64,000 bases of DNA, from contig JASCQW010000072.1 in the NCBI GenBank assembly GCA_030264375.1, forward strand, positions 73,763,239 through 73,827,238. Direction: 5' to 3'. Shown here in pieces: positions 23,171 through 36,265 of the stretch; the first letter of the stretch is position 1; each line of letters starts with the position of its first letter. Source of the stretch: Carcharhinus longimanus. Its lineage: Eukaryota. The position numbers were made by a program, and so were the translations under genes. The notes under the pieces were generated by a model, which was not told where the DNA came from, ran no database searches, and was given only the letters and a program-made list of their open reading frames with translations.

Positions 23171-25461
23171 AATATTTTGTTGGTTTCCTGGATTGGATTC
23201 AAACCTAGAGATGAAAGAACCAGTGTATCACGCAGCCATCAAAACGGGCAGCTGTCTACAGAAACCAAGGCAGCAGAACCTTCTGCAGCTTGTCTCATGA
23301 TGAGGTTGGATTAACTGTAAAGATAAAAGGACAATGTTGAAATATCAAATTAGAATCATATTGGCAGCCAGCCAGCACCGAGTAGTAGAGCTGCAAAAAC
23401 ACTGTGGTAGAGCACTGGGAACTGGGCTCACACAACCAACCAGAGTTGACCTCCTGAACTGCTGTGCTGCCCCTCAAGAGGGAGAAAGAAAAAAATTGCA
23501 CGTGATTTTGGCCAAGACACTCGTGCTCTTTCCAGAATTTGTGAGATAAAGCACAGACCAGGAGCATGCCACTTGTTTGGAGGCTTCATTCCCTAGAGCT
23601 GATTTGTCCCCAGACTGTGGTATCATCTGTAACCTGATGGTGGGTGCATTAGAAGTCACAGGGATTGATTCTCCAACACTTTTTCTTTTCTCTTCCTCCT
23701 CTGCGACGCAAGACCTCGAATTCTGCTTGAAGCTTCTATTTTATTCATGCTTGGAATGTGGGCTTCGCTGACTAGGCTAGCATATATTGCCCATTGCTGA
23801 AGGGTGTGTCTACTTGAACTCCTACTTTTATGTGTATGTGGTGAGGATGCTCCCACAGCACTGAGTAGTGTGTTCCAGGATTTTGTAGCAGTTTAAAACA
23901 ACAAGTGACTCATTAGGCCACTTCAGAGGGCACTTAAAAATCGATCACATCAATATGGCACTGGAGTCACACATATGCCAGATTGAGGGAGCGCCGTCGA
24001 ACATTGAATCTTAATTTTTTTGGCTGAAAGATCCTTTTCAGACGGAATAGTAACCATGGCTCCTATCCAAATAATGCTTTATAATGTACAATATGAAAGT
24101 GCTCCATGAAAGAATATCAAATAATGCCTTCAAGAAATTAGGTGTTTATTTTCATTTCACTTGGTGCTGATCCATGCATGCTCCCCTCCTGTGTAAGACA
24201 GCCACGCCCCTCAGCACTGCACATGTGGTGCTGCATTTGCCCTACGTACTGTAGAGGTCAGCCAACCCCAGTTTGAGAATCATTGCTCAAAAGGACATTT
24301 GTGAACTGTTTTTAATGACAAGCTGGCAGATTCATGGTTATATTTAACTCCCAATTTTTTTTGTTTGAAAACCTAATTGGAATTCAGCCTTTATCATTTG
24401 AGCCCTCATTCTTTGTATTATAAGTTCCAGCTGTGGCAACCAAGCTTGATTAACTTGCCAGATAGTGGTCATTTTATCAGTTCATATCCAAATAAATCCA
24501 GGTGCAGTTCATTTGCATGGGGCATATGTATTTTAATGCTTGCTGTATTAAACCAATTGGCATTACCAACAGTGAATATGGCATTTTATAACAGCCCTAA
24601 TGACATGCCACGTCTACAACAGTGCTGATTCATGGTGACTGAATCAATCCATTTCCATCACTGTTACATGTGTGATTGACAATCTTACTGGTAGTTCTAG
24701 AATTAAATTCTGCACTCTGTTCTGTGAAAATTGAATGACTGTTTGCTCATGTATACACTTAACGAATATTTTGGTGTTTTTTTGGTTACCATTTAAAATA
24801 AGAAGAGGATGTATAAGTTATACCAAATTGAAAGTAGATATCTGACATTTCAGCTGCATGGGAAAAGGGATTGCCATATTTACCAGTGCTAGGATGCCTC
24901 AGAGGCACTGAAGCGATAGTCCTGGAATTTGACATAATTGAAATGGGGATTCTGCATTGGTATTGAGTACTCTGAATTAGTAAAATTCTTAGGTAGACGT
25001 TAGGATTTGGCTCACTGATCAGGGGAGTGCAAAGATCCACCAGCATTTATATACAAAGCATATCATATATTTTAAGAAATAGAACAGATTACAATGGATC
25101 AGGAAAGTGACAGATTTCCTTCCCTATTGACATTAGTGAACCAGATGGGTTTTTACGATAATTGACAAATATTTCTTGGTCATCGTTACACTTTTAATTA
25201 CACAATTTTTTTTATCGGATTCAAACTTCACCGTCTGCCATAGAGCATTACCCTGGACTTATGGATTACCAGTGTAGTGATAATGCCACTATACCGCCAC
25301 CTTACAGAAATAACACTGTGAAAGGTTGTTAGTGTATATGTGAGAGGAGATATATATATCTGAGCATTTTATCTATTTAATGTTTAGTAAATATTTAGAC
25401 TTCCTTATTGCTTTAGTTTATGGATGGTGAGGTTTCTAATTTGGTTCCATTCTATTTACAG

Positions 25462-25584
25462 GTGGCCGAGTTAAGTAAATAGCCTGTCTCCATCTGGTTG
25501 CACAAATCTCTGAGGTTATATTGTGGATTTAACATCAAACTGAGGAACCTCTTCTTTCCGTAGAAGACTTGTGTTTTGAATTAA
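25462..25584 (+). other. SLC25A22: 5' UTR part of the SLC25A22 start-codon exon
   Basis: Acceptor ttccattctatttacag|G at 25461/25462, with no ATG before 25585. A second possible acceptor ctcttctttccgtag lies at 25563. Confidence 0.6.
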
Positions 25585-25604
25585 ATGGCTGATAAACAAA
25601 TCAG
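25585..25604 (+). CDS. SLC25A22: SLC25A22 first coding exon, coding part (MADKQI-S)
   Basis: ATG GCT GAT AAA CAA ATC AG|gtattt. MADKQIS is the N-terminus of vertebrate SLC25A22 (GC1). The phase-2 donor joins exon 38947 to give AGT (Ser). An in-frame TAA lies immediately upstream of the ATG. Confidence 0.93.
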
Positions 25605-26629
25605 GTATTTGCATTGATATTATTTTCATCATTGAAAACCCTTTTCACAAATTATTGTCGTGTGTGTAAGATAAATTCTATCTGAAATCCAGAATTAAAT
25701 AACTTATCTCTACATCTGAGAGCACTATAGCATGAATAATTGGAAGTTTAAATCCTGCCTGACGAATCTGTTTTAACTCCAGGGAGCACTCCTTTCTTTT
25801 CATCGTTCCACTTATCTCTCCTCATCACAGTGGTACACCAGGGTACAGTTACAGTGACATTGGTTAACCATGCTTATTCCTCTGTGGAGGTCATCCCATT
25901 TTGTTTTCCTTTCCTCCCTACATCTACATCTTTAACCCAAGAACAATGAACTAGCTGTGGCACCTTGGATTATCTACAGTTTGCTGCAATTAATTCAAAA
26001 TCATTTGATTTGAATTTCTGCTAATTTATATTAAAGTTATGCAGGAAATAAGCCTGGTCCACTAATAAAATTAATTTATATCACTTCCTTTTTAAGGAAG
26101 AAAGTTGACTTCAAAGTAATAGTTGTCTATTATAACTTGGCACGGCTTAAGAAAGTAAATCGCAAATGTACCTGATCAGTATAATAAAACATAATATGCT
26201 CATCTCCTTAAAAAATATTGAGAGAGCAGATGTTCAAGCATTAATTGTTTTACTTGCAAGTGACTTTGAAAGGTAGACTCTAATTTACTAGCTTTCTGAT
26301 ACAACTCAGCACTGCATCAAAAGAAAAATGTTACACTGATGATTTTATCTCCAGCAAGATTCACCTGACTACTTTCTGGAGAGGATTTTGCATAGCTTTC
26401 TTTATATACAAAATGTTGTTTGCAGGTTGGAAAAAATACCTATTGGATTCTCTCAACTTTTTCTCCTGCATTGAATTTTTGTATTCTGCATGTTTGTGCT
26501 GAGAAATGGAATAGTTCACATTTAAAATGACCCTTATCAGCAAGACTTATTTCTAGTCACAATTGAACACAGAATTGAGCTCCCCTTCAACTCTCCTTAC
26601 TGGACTTGTGTGACATTACCCTTTCCAGC

Positions 26630-27350
26630 ATAATTGATAGGGATATGATGTTGTGGTGATATCAGAAACCCAGCTCAGAAAAGGGCAGGATTGGGTACTA
26701 AAATATTCCCGGATATAAGATATTCGTGAAAGGTAGAGGAGAAAAAGCAGGAGTAGTGGCTTTAATGATTAAGAAGAATAGTACCAGAATGAGAGAGAAT
26801 GTCTTGGAGGACTCAAGGAAAGAATCTATTTGGTTAGAATTAAACAGCAGAGTGACATTACACTACTAGGTATATTCCATAGGCCACCAATTAGTGGGAA
26901 AGATGGAGGAGAAACTTGGCAGGGATATTACAGAGAGATGTGAAAACTCTGGAGCTGTGATAATGGGGGACTTTAAGTATCCAGCTATTAATTGGGATAG
27001 GGATAAACCGTAGGGTAAAGGGCATAGAGAGGGAAAAAAACTTGTGTGTTTAGGAAAATTATCTCAATCAGTATCTTTCCAGCCCAATGAGAAAAGGGGC
27101 ATTGTTGATCTGGTTTTGGGAAATGAGGTGGATCAGGTATCAGTAGAGGAATATCAAGGAGCAGTGATCATAGCATTGCAAAGTTACCTAAAAGGATTCA
27201 ACTGCATCTTTCAAAAGGGAATTGAGAAGTACCTAAAGAGCAAATTTGCAGGGATTAGGCAAAGTGTAGAGGAGTGGGAATAACTGCTCTTGCAGCAGTC
27301 AGGCATGGACCAAATGGCCTCCTCTGCTTTAACCATTTTATGGTTCTATA
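26630..27350 (+). mobile_element. CR1 LINE endonuclease fragment fused to a 3' tail
   Basis: YDVVVISET, ESIWLEL, FHRPP, IMGDFKYPAINWD and VDLVLGNE motifs, followed by a CR1 tail. Confidence 0.85.
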
Positions 27351-29319
27351 AACTATTCAAACCCAGTTCCCAGAACTCAGACTAGTGTTTAAACCCCAGA
27401 GCTCTGCTTTGTCCAGTTTCCATTGTGTAACCATCTGCAAAAATATGCTTTTGATAAATTACTGTTCCCATTTTGCTGACAATGAGATGACCTTTGTGAA
27501 AGCACAGCACTAAATCCAGTCTGGTGCTAAATTCAGATACTGAGCTTTGTAGCTGGTTTGGATCAGCTTTGAATTTGTTTCAAATGAGTGATTGCTGAAA
27601 GCAAATGGGATTGTGAAACAGAACTCTTCATAAATTCAATGTTAAAGGGCTGAACATCATGATATCTGATTTTTAGTAGACCTTGACGTCAGCTAGAATG
27701 TACTTTTCTTTGTTGCAAAACCCAGGTGAAAGGTCAAGGCCTGCAAGTGCAGGATACTACCAGGGCTGATAAGTTAGATAGAAGATCTCAGTGGGCACGT
27801 GACCAATCTGTGGAGCAGACTCCCTATGGAGACAATGGAAGCGGTTAGTATTAATTAATTCAAATGCAAATTAGATTTCTTTCAGAACATATTATTTTAG
27901 GACCCAGTGTAAGAGTGTTTTGAGATGCGATGTGGGTGGGATAAGGTGGCATTTTTCCAAGGAAAATGGTGATTTTGGATCATGTCCACCATTGGAGATT
28001 GTCCTTCCCTAACTCCATTATCACAGTATCACTACAAAGTATGTTGGTTGTACCATGTTGGTGATTATACTCTTTATGAACCTCCTTCTGCACCTCTTCA
28101 TCTGTTAACATATCCTAATGTTTGCCTTGAATGCATCTATGCTATTTGCCTGAACAACTCTGTTGTAGTGTGTTACATGTTCTAAACTTTCTTGAGGAAA
28201 ATAAGTTCCTCTCAAATTCTATTTTAGATTTGTTAGTGACTATAATCTTACCTATATGGATCCCTTGTTCTGGTTTTGCTCACAAATGCAAAGGACATCT
28301 CTACAATGTGAGTACTAGGATAGTAGAAGAAGCTAGATAGAGCAAAGTTCCTATATGTGAGGTGAATCGAGAAACAATGAGTAAAGCGGAAAGAACTAAT
28401 GACACAGCTTTGAGGTCATGGAAAAGAATGGGTTAGAGTAGGAACAATAGTGATGTTAATTTGGTATCACTACTTAATATAAAGACAAATCAATATGCTT
28501 TGGAGAAAATCAGCAGCGATTTGAATCGTGCTTATCTGCTCCTGTTGTAAATTGTGGGTCAAATCAAAAGAATTCACACAAATGCACCATTAATCTGTCA
28601 CTCAGTATACCTCACCAAACCAGTTCCTTTAATCTTTATTTTCCCACACACTTTCACTCTTCTCTAACATGAACTGTTGTTCATACTAACTCTTCTTTGT
28701 GTTTCCGGTTTTTAGTGAGTTCTGAACTCATTTGGCAACACCACAGTTTGCATCTGTTCTTGCTGTGTGGCCAGATCACTGAGGAGAATAGTAATGAGAG
28801 ATAATTAAAGCTCTTGGCAGCATGACTATTTCCCTCACTTCATCATTAATCCTGTGCCTGTCCAAACGAGTGTTTCGAATCAGTTGGTCTGCAGCCCAAA
28901 AGTGGCCTTGCAGGTCCTCTTGCTCCTCTGGCACTCTCTCTTCCTTTTGGGCATCTCGTCTTGTTCCACCCCACTCATCTGTCATTTAAAATCCTGTAAA
29001 ATACTGTCCATCCAAGTATCATAAAAACTAGTAGTGATTTCAACTTCCACCTCAATTCACCCTGTTCTTTAAATTACAAGGAGAGATTAATTTTGTCCTG
29101 AATTAGTGCTTCTAGAAATTTTTCTGCCACCTAAGTTAAACTGACTGGCCTGTTGTTTTTGGTGTATCTTTACATCCATTTTTAACAAATATGTAACATT
29201 TACAATTCACCAGATCTCTGGGACCAGCCCCCTGAGTCTAAGGAAGATTGAAAAACAATGGCCAGTGTCTTTGCAATTTCCATTCTCTCACTTCCCTTTG
29301 TATCTTCCCTCCTGCACAA

Positions 29320-29706
29320 GTAGGATTGTATTCTCTGGAATTTAGACAGTTAAGAGGTGATTTGATTGAAGTTTTCCATATACTAAGGCAAACATTTTTA
29401 AGGTAGATAGAGAGAAGCTATTTCTGCTTGTTGGGGAGCATAGTTTAAAAATTAGAACCAGACCTTTCATGAGTGAAATTAAGAAACCCTTCTACAAAGG
29501 AAGGGTGGTGAAAGTTTTCAATCTCTTACGCAAATACCAATTGGTAGCGAGTCAATTGATAAACTTAAATTTGAGATTGATAAATCCTTTTTAGCTAAAA
29601 AATATTGAGGCATATGGGATGAAGGTAGGTACATACAGTTCAGTCGCAGATTAGCCAGAAATGGAACAGGCTAAAGGGGGTTAAATGACCTATTTGAGTT
29701 CCTGTG
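29320..29706 (+). mobile_element. CR1 3' fragment
   Basis: LYSLEFRQLRGDLIEVF motif and a CR1 tail. Confidence 0.75.
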
Positions 29707-30321
29707 TTCTGTCTCCTCTCAAGATCATTAAGCTCCTACACTGAATCCCTTTCTCTATAACTCCTCAACCCACATTCACAGCTGTGTCTGGAGTCATCTG
29801 TTTCAGTGATCTCCCTCTTTTCTAGTTATCATACCCACTTATGCAGTAATTATAGGTCATTGTTGGGAGGCAGAGCTTTGTTATTGGTTTGTAAAAGCAC
29901 GTAAAAAACCTTCCAGTGTTTACTGTGCTGTGGGTCTATGCTGAGCTTCCCTTACTAATGTGAAAAACGTTGAAGCTTCGCATTGAGACTTTAACGGGAG
30001 CAAGCAAGTTCTTTATTCCTTGGCAGAGAAACGTCAATTCTGACCCAGTTGCCTCAAGTCTGCATCCTGTGCAAAATGAAAATGAGTTGATTTTTTTCCC
30101 AATTAATTTATGTGCTTACTGCTATAACCAGTTTCAATCAATCCAGTATAGCCTGAGTTAATAGGACAAGACAGGAGGGATTAGCTAGGGATAAAGTCCT
30201 ATTCAGTTAGTCTACAGATTGTCATTTCCCACTTTTATCTTGCTCCATTCTTACTGTTATAATTTCCTGAGTTAAATGTGGAAGAATTAAATAAAGGCTT
30301 GGCAGTTGCAACATTTGCAAA

Positions 30322-30572
30322 TTTGCAAATGGAATTTAATGTTGGCAAGTGTGAGGTGGTCCACTTTGGTAGGAAGAATGGTAGGAAGGACTATTACTTN
30401 NNNNNNNNNNNNNNNNNNNNNNNNNNNNNNNNNNNNNNNNNNNNNNNNNNNNNNNNNNNNNNNNNNNNNNNNNNNNNNNNNNNNNNNNNNNNNNNNNNNT
30501 TGAATGGCGGGGCAGGCTCGAAGGGCTAGATGGCCTACTCCTGCTCCTATTTCTTATGTTCTTATGTTCTTA
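30322..30572 (+). mobile_element. Young CR1 3' fragment spanning a 100-N gap
   Basis: QMEFNVGKCEVVHFGRKN, then the tail tgaatggcggggcaggctcgaagggctagatggcctactcctgctcctat(ttcttatg)3. Same subfamily as 8554-9634. Confidence 0.88.
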
Positions 30573-30574
30573 TG

Positions 30575-31105
30575 GAGGAAGAGGATTCCATGGTAAAAGA
30601 CCAGCTAATTCAAACACTTGATGGATTTAAAATTGAAAAGGTAGTGGGATTGGTTAGGTCACCTGTACTTGGAGTTGACAAGACACCAGGATTCAATGAG
30701 ATGCATTGAAGGATGCAGAGGGAAGTGAGAGTGGAAATTGCAGAGCCGCTGTCTATAATTTTTCAGTCTTCCATGGGCTCAATTAATAGTCATTTGGAAA
30801 AATGTGGGTTAATTAAGGAAAGCAAACATAGATTTCTTAAGGGAAAAACATGTTTAGTTAACTTGCTGGAGTTTTTTGAAGAGTTAACAGAGAGGGTTGA
30901 TGAGGCTAATGATCTGGTGTAGATGGATTTCCAAAAGATGTTTGTTATAGTGCCACATAATGGACTTGAGAAAAGTTTAGCTCATGGAATATAAAGGACA
31001 GTGACAACATGGACAACATGGATATTTCCTGAGTGACGGGAAACGGGGTAGTGCATAATGGTTGTTTTTCATTCAAGGCCTGGGGGGCTTCCTAAAGGGT
31101 TGGTG
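30575..31105 (+). mobile_element. Decayed CR1 RT fragment
   Basis: EIAEPLSIIFQSS and HRFLKGKTCLVNLLEFFEELTERVDE. Confidence 0.85.
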
Positions 31106-32679
31106 TCCCTTTCTTTTCACTGCCCAGGCTTTGGGTCTTCTTCAGAACCCAATTGGCATGGTAATACTCCAGAAACTTCAGGCTGGTGGAGCACAACTTG
31201 CAGGATTGTAGATCAGAATGGCTCAAGCAAAGGAAGCCTTGACCAGCTGCTCATGTCACAATCTAGGAGGGACCAATTCCTGAAAAAGATAGGGAACACA
31301 CCGGTATTTGACACAGGTTCATCCAAAGTACAGCCCATAGGCTGGACACAGCCTGCAAAACCCCTCTATTTGGCTCCCAGCAGAAGTGTTCAAAATCTCT
31401 GTCAGAGATGAATTTTAAAGGAAGGTTATTCTTGGAGCTGCTGCTCCAATCATGGGTCACTTCCCTCCCACTTTTGTTTCTGATAAGCGAATTAGGGACC
31501 CTTTCAGCAGCAAGTGAGGGAGTGAAAAATGGAGACCAAGGTCAAGTCAGGGCCCAGCCATGGTCAGTGTTTGACTGTGGGTGCAAGGAGTGGGGGGGGG
31601 AGGTGGGGGTTGCTCTCAGTTTACTCATTCACTCTCACTATCATACACCAACATACACATGCACACCTACTCATACTCACCCATCCACGCAACACTGACA
31701 CTCTCAAATGCTGTTTATTTTTGTTTCTTGCTCTTTTGTAATGTAATTTATTGCTCAGACTTTGCTGTACGTCAGCAATCTTTTTCTTTTCTTAAAACTT
31801 CATTTTTTTTTGGAAATTCAGTTTATCTTTGTGCCAAACTTTGCTGAAATTTGCTCTTCATCCCTTCGAGTGACAAAATGTGGATCCCCTAACCGAAAAG
31901 GTTGGACAAGCTTGCTTTAACATCTCTTTGCTGCAACTGGACCTGTATAAGTTGACTGCCTTGATCCATCCTTTCCTGCTCTCTGTCTCTCTTTGTAGAT
32001 TGAGTCAGATCTTGGGGCTATCAGCTGTTTTCGCTTGACTGGCCATTTGTGAGGCTGCAGTCGGTAATATTTGTTAATGGGGGAACATCATCACCAGACT
32101 GATCCTGTTCTCATTCAGATTTCACCTGCTTATTCTCAATCACCTGCTCACACAATCACTCACTGACCTAAGCACATATTCACACATACACACTCACACA
32201 CATGTACTTAATCATTCACTCTCACTCATTCACTCATACATGCAATCTCATTCATTCACTTAAACATACACGCAATTACTCAGTCTTCAGCCCAGCAAAT
32301 GCATTGCTGGTGTTTATGTTCCACACAAGCCTCCTTTAACTTTATTTCATCCAACCCTATTAGCATATCTTTCGGTTCTTTTCTCCTTCCGGAATTATGA
32401 TCATGATTTGAAATATATTTCTTGAAAGAATGATGGAAAAATCTGCAATTGTAACCTTTGAAAGGGAACTAAATACTTGAAGGCAAAAAAAATGGTAGGG
32501 ATATGTGGACACAGCAGGGAAAGCTCTACCAAAGATCTGGCACAGACACCATGGGCGGAATGGCCTCTATCTGTGTTATAACCAATTACTTTGATGGAAT
32601 AGCTGATCCTTCTTTAGCATAATATTTATCTTACCAATCAGATTTTTAATATTAGTATTAATGTTAATAGTATGAGTCT

Positions 32680-33165
32680 ATTGGAAGCAGTTCAGACAAG
32701 GTTTGCCAGACTAATACCTGGAATGGGTGGGTTGTCTTCTGAGGAAAGGTTAGTAGGCTAGGCTTGTATTCTTTGGAGTATAGAAGGTAAGATTTGACTT
32801 GATTGAAGCATACAAAATCCTGAGGGGTCTTGACAGGGTTAATGTGGTGATAATGTTTCCTCCTGTGGGAGAGTCTTGATCTAAGGGTCACTGTTTAAAA
32901 TAAAGGATCACCATATAAAATGGAAATAAGGCAAAATCTTTCTTTGATTCAGTCTTTGGAACTCTCTTTCTGATAAGGTTATGGAAGCAGAGTCTTTGAA
33001 TACTTTGAAGGCAGAGTTGGACAGATTCTTGACAAGCAAAGGGTGGAAGATATTGGGAGTAGCAGGATGCACATTTGAAGTTACTATCAGATCAGCTGTG
33101 ATTGTATTAAATGGTGGATCAGACTTGAGGGGCTGAATGGCTTATGTCCCCTTGTTCTTATGTTC
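32680..33165 (+). mobile_element. CR1 3' fragment
   Basis: LEAVQTRFARLIPGMGGLSSEE, SLWNSL, and a tail ending gttcttatgttc. Confidence 0.85.
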
Positions 33166-34409
33166 GTAAGTGTTTTGTAAAGTATTTTCAGATACAGTAA
33201 TATAATTTTTATTAAAATTAAATAAACAAATGAGGTTTATAAACCAAATATTAATCTGCATTGGTTTATGTTTGGGAACAAAAAGGATGGTTTTAATATA
33301 AATCTGTTGGCTTTTGTCTATTGAGTTATGAATCAGGGGTCTTGGCCTGCCTCTTATGCGCTCAAAATTCTTCCCTTAACCTATGTGTAAAAGTCTTGAA
33401 TAACTAGTTGCAGTGAGTCACTCTCTTTAGCAGTAGGGTCTGGCTTTGTTCAGTTAGTTATGGTCAGTACCACTATTCCCCTGTGGCCATGATTACTTGA
33501 ATTATCATTACATTGCAAGAAAGACTATTTTTTAAAACTTTCCTCTCAAAGCTTATGAAACTGGCTTTTCAGTTTTTGTATGAAGATTTAACCACATGCT
33601 CACTTCCCCTACCTCAACAACAACCACCCTTCCTCCCCCTCCAACCATGCTATCACCCCTGTAGATAAATGGGGTGAATAGTCACCTGACAATTTGCACA
33701 GACTCTCTGCTTCCCAGTGTCTTTTGGATTTGACTGTAATTTGATGCTTTTCTCCCCTTTCCCCTTCTCCACTCCCCATCCCCACCAAGTTTCTGTCCTG
33801 TTGGTTGAAAGAAATTGCCTTGCATTACAACACTGACTTCACTTCGTAAGTACTTAATTGACTGTGGGAGTCCTGGAGTCATGAAAGACGTTAGAGAAAT
33901 GCAAGATTTTTAAAATTTTCTCTGGGATCGCCAGTATTGGTGTTTGATCTTTAGCCAAGTAGGTTCTTCGTATGTGATGATTGACATTAAGTGGAAATGG
34001 GCAATTTTTACTGTGGGATAGCGGACAGAAAAGGGCAAGAACGCAAAGCTACAATCTCTCCCCATGTGATGTTCACGCACATTCCAATGTAGCTTCTGGT
34101 TAAGTATGAAGACTGTCATAAGAAAGGAGTTAGCCATTTCATCATTTGAGCCTATTCTGCATCTCATTGAGATTATGGTTCATCTGCAACCTAACTGGGA
34201 TTATTATCTTAGATCAGTTATGATCTCATTGAGTGCCAGAGCAGACTTGATGGGCCTAATGGTCTGCTTCCGATTCTGCCTCTTATGGTCTAACTCAATA
34301 AAGCCACCTTTGCCCATTTCTCTTAACTTGATTTTGAACACCTCTATTAAATCTGAGGGGCTGGTCAGAGTAGATAGGATGAAACTGTTCCCACTTGTAA
34401 AATGGCCTT

Positions 34410-35250
34410 GATGCTGGTGCTCTTGGTTCCTGGAGAGGAGAACGCCATTGGAGTTGCAGTTCCCAACTCCTCCTTCCGTTCTAGTGGTTCCTTTCCAGAG
34501 CTGGAAGTTCTTTCCAACGCTGGTGTTGAAATCTCCCAGGAGGATGACCGTATCTTTTTATGAATGTTAGCGAGTATGGTGTCCAAGGTGATGTGGAAGC
34601 CTTTATTGACATCAAGGTTTGGCCTTGCAACTGCTGCCTGCTGGTTCTTGGCAAGTTGAAGCTGGAGAGTCATGAGATTCTTGTTGATGCCGACAGGGAG
34701 CTTCGAGAGTTGGTTGATGAGTTTGTTCTTGATGGCAAACTCAATCAGTTTCATTCTCCTGGGCTGATCTTCAGGTTTTCCTCTCCAGAAAAAGGTGCAA
34801 CTACTGTCATCTTCCCTCAGCTGCACTTTGCCTGCTCTTTGGGTCTCTTACTGGACAGTAACGTCAGTGTTTAAGTGCTTGAGTTCACAGGCAACAAGGG
34901 CAGTTCCCCATTTCAGTTGGTTGGTCTCCATATTAGCCATGAGGGTTTATACATTCCAAATTCTGAGATTGAGTTTAACTTGGATTTTTTAGACTGCAGG
35001 TAGGTGAGGCCACTGGATGCAGATTTGCAGCCAGGTTGGAGATGGAGCAGATTATTTTTAGACCACCTTTTCTAACGCTCTTCCATGCAGGGTGAGCAGA
35101 ATATATCTTGAAGAGGGCTGCTCAGTTGTGAAGAAAGCTGCTCTCCTGTTCTTATTTCAGAGCGAAACAGCTGAATCAAACTCCACCGCCTACTTCTAGG
35201 TCTCATGGTCTTGGTCCCATCGCTGTCACCTACCAATTGCTGCAGGACTT
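34410..35250 (-). mobile_element. RTE-clade LINE 5' (endonuclease) fragment
   Basis: Minus-strand ORF QLREDDSSCTFFWRGKPEDQPR...FAIKNKLINQLSKLPVGINKNLMTLQL matches the RTE/BovB-like AP endonuclease region. Confidence 0.82.
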
Positions 35251-35253
35251 CGT

Positions 35254-35535
35254 CATAGAATCTCTACAAGACAGAAAGAGGCCATTCAGCCCATCTGAGT
35301 CTGTACTGATCACAATGTCACACAGGCCCTATTCCCATAGCCCTCATTTACCTGCTAATCCTCCTGACACAAAGAGGCAATTAACATGGCCAATCCACCT
35401 AACCTGCATATCTTTGGACTGTGTGAGGAAACCCATGCAGACACAGGGAGAATGTGCAGACTCCTCACAGATAACGACCCGAGGCCAGAATCGAGCCCAG
35501 GTCCTGGCGCTGTGAGGCAGCAGTGCCAACCACTG
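35254..35535 (-). mobile_element. HE1-type V-SINE
   Basis: Reverse complement of the 13219 family: CR1 tail, core and tRNA head (gctgtgaggcagcagtgccaaccactg). Confidence 0.85.
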
Positions 35536-35603
35536 GAAACCTGTGTGGTGTGGCCGACATGTGACTCCAGACCACCCTGCATCCCCCCCTCCCCCCGCCC
35601 CAT

Positions 35604-35625
35604 ACACACACACACACACACACAC
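35604..35625. repeat. (AC)11 microsatellite
   Basis: Direct reading. Confidence 0.95.
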
Positions 35626-35954
35626 GTGGTCTGTTTGTGTGGGGGGCATGTTGGTTTGCTCTAGGTAGACTCCTTGTGTGGGACTTCTTTTAATGTGGGA
35701 ATGGCATCAGCAGATATATGGCCCTCAACAGATTGGATGTCCACTTCCAGTGGCGGGGAACCTGCTCTAGCTGCAGACTTCATCTGCCTTCATCGCAGCC
35801 CTTGATCTCGCATGGGTATCTCCTGTCTGATCTGCTGTTGAAGACTTGTTTTGGATTGCACTTTAAGTGGGTTCCTCTCCTCTGACCATACCATCATGGG
35901 TGACTTTGCCTTGGAATCAATGGGAGGCTCTAGTCTTTCCACCACGGCAAGGGC

Positions 35955-36265
35955 TGAGAGAGTACTGTGCTGTCGTGGATGCTGTCTTTGGAATGAGGTG
36001 TTAAATAATGCCCCAGCTGCTGTCTCAGGTGAATATATAAAAAAAAATCCATGGCACAATTTCAAGGAAGAGCATGGAAACTCTCTCCTGGCAAACATTT
36101 ATCCGTCAACTAACATCATTGAAATAAGTTATCTGGTCATTATCTCATTGCCTTTCATGGGGGTTTGCTCCATGTAAGTTGCCTGCTGCCTTTCCTACAT
36201 TACAGTAGTGACTATGTGTCAAAAGCACTTTATTTGTTCTGAAAGGTGCTGTGTAAATGCAAGTT
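35955..36265 (+). mobile_element. Deu-domain SINE remnant (SacSINE1/AmnSINE1-like) with an L2-type tail
   Basis: gtactgtgctgtcgtggatgctgtctttggaatgaggtgttaaa...ctcaggtg...atccatggcacaatttcaaggaagagca resembles the Deu domain. The tail cattacagtagtgactatgtgtcaaaagcactt...gaaaggtgctgtgtaaatgcaagt has related copies at about 19660, 33825 and 45215. Confidence 0.7.

Noticed and set aside
31058-31847. Cluster of 70-117 aa ORFs
   Set aside because: Begins in a CR1 relic and runs into CA-rich low-complexity sequence. No recognisable domain or splice-consistent exon.
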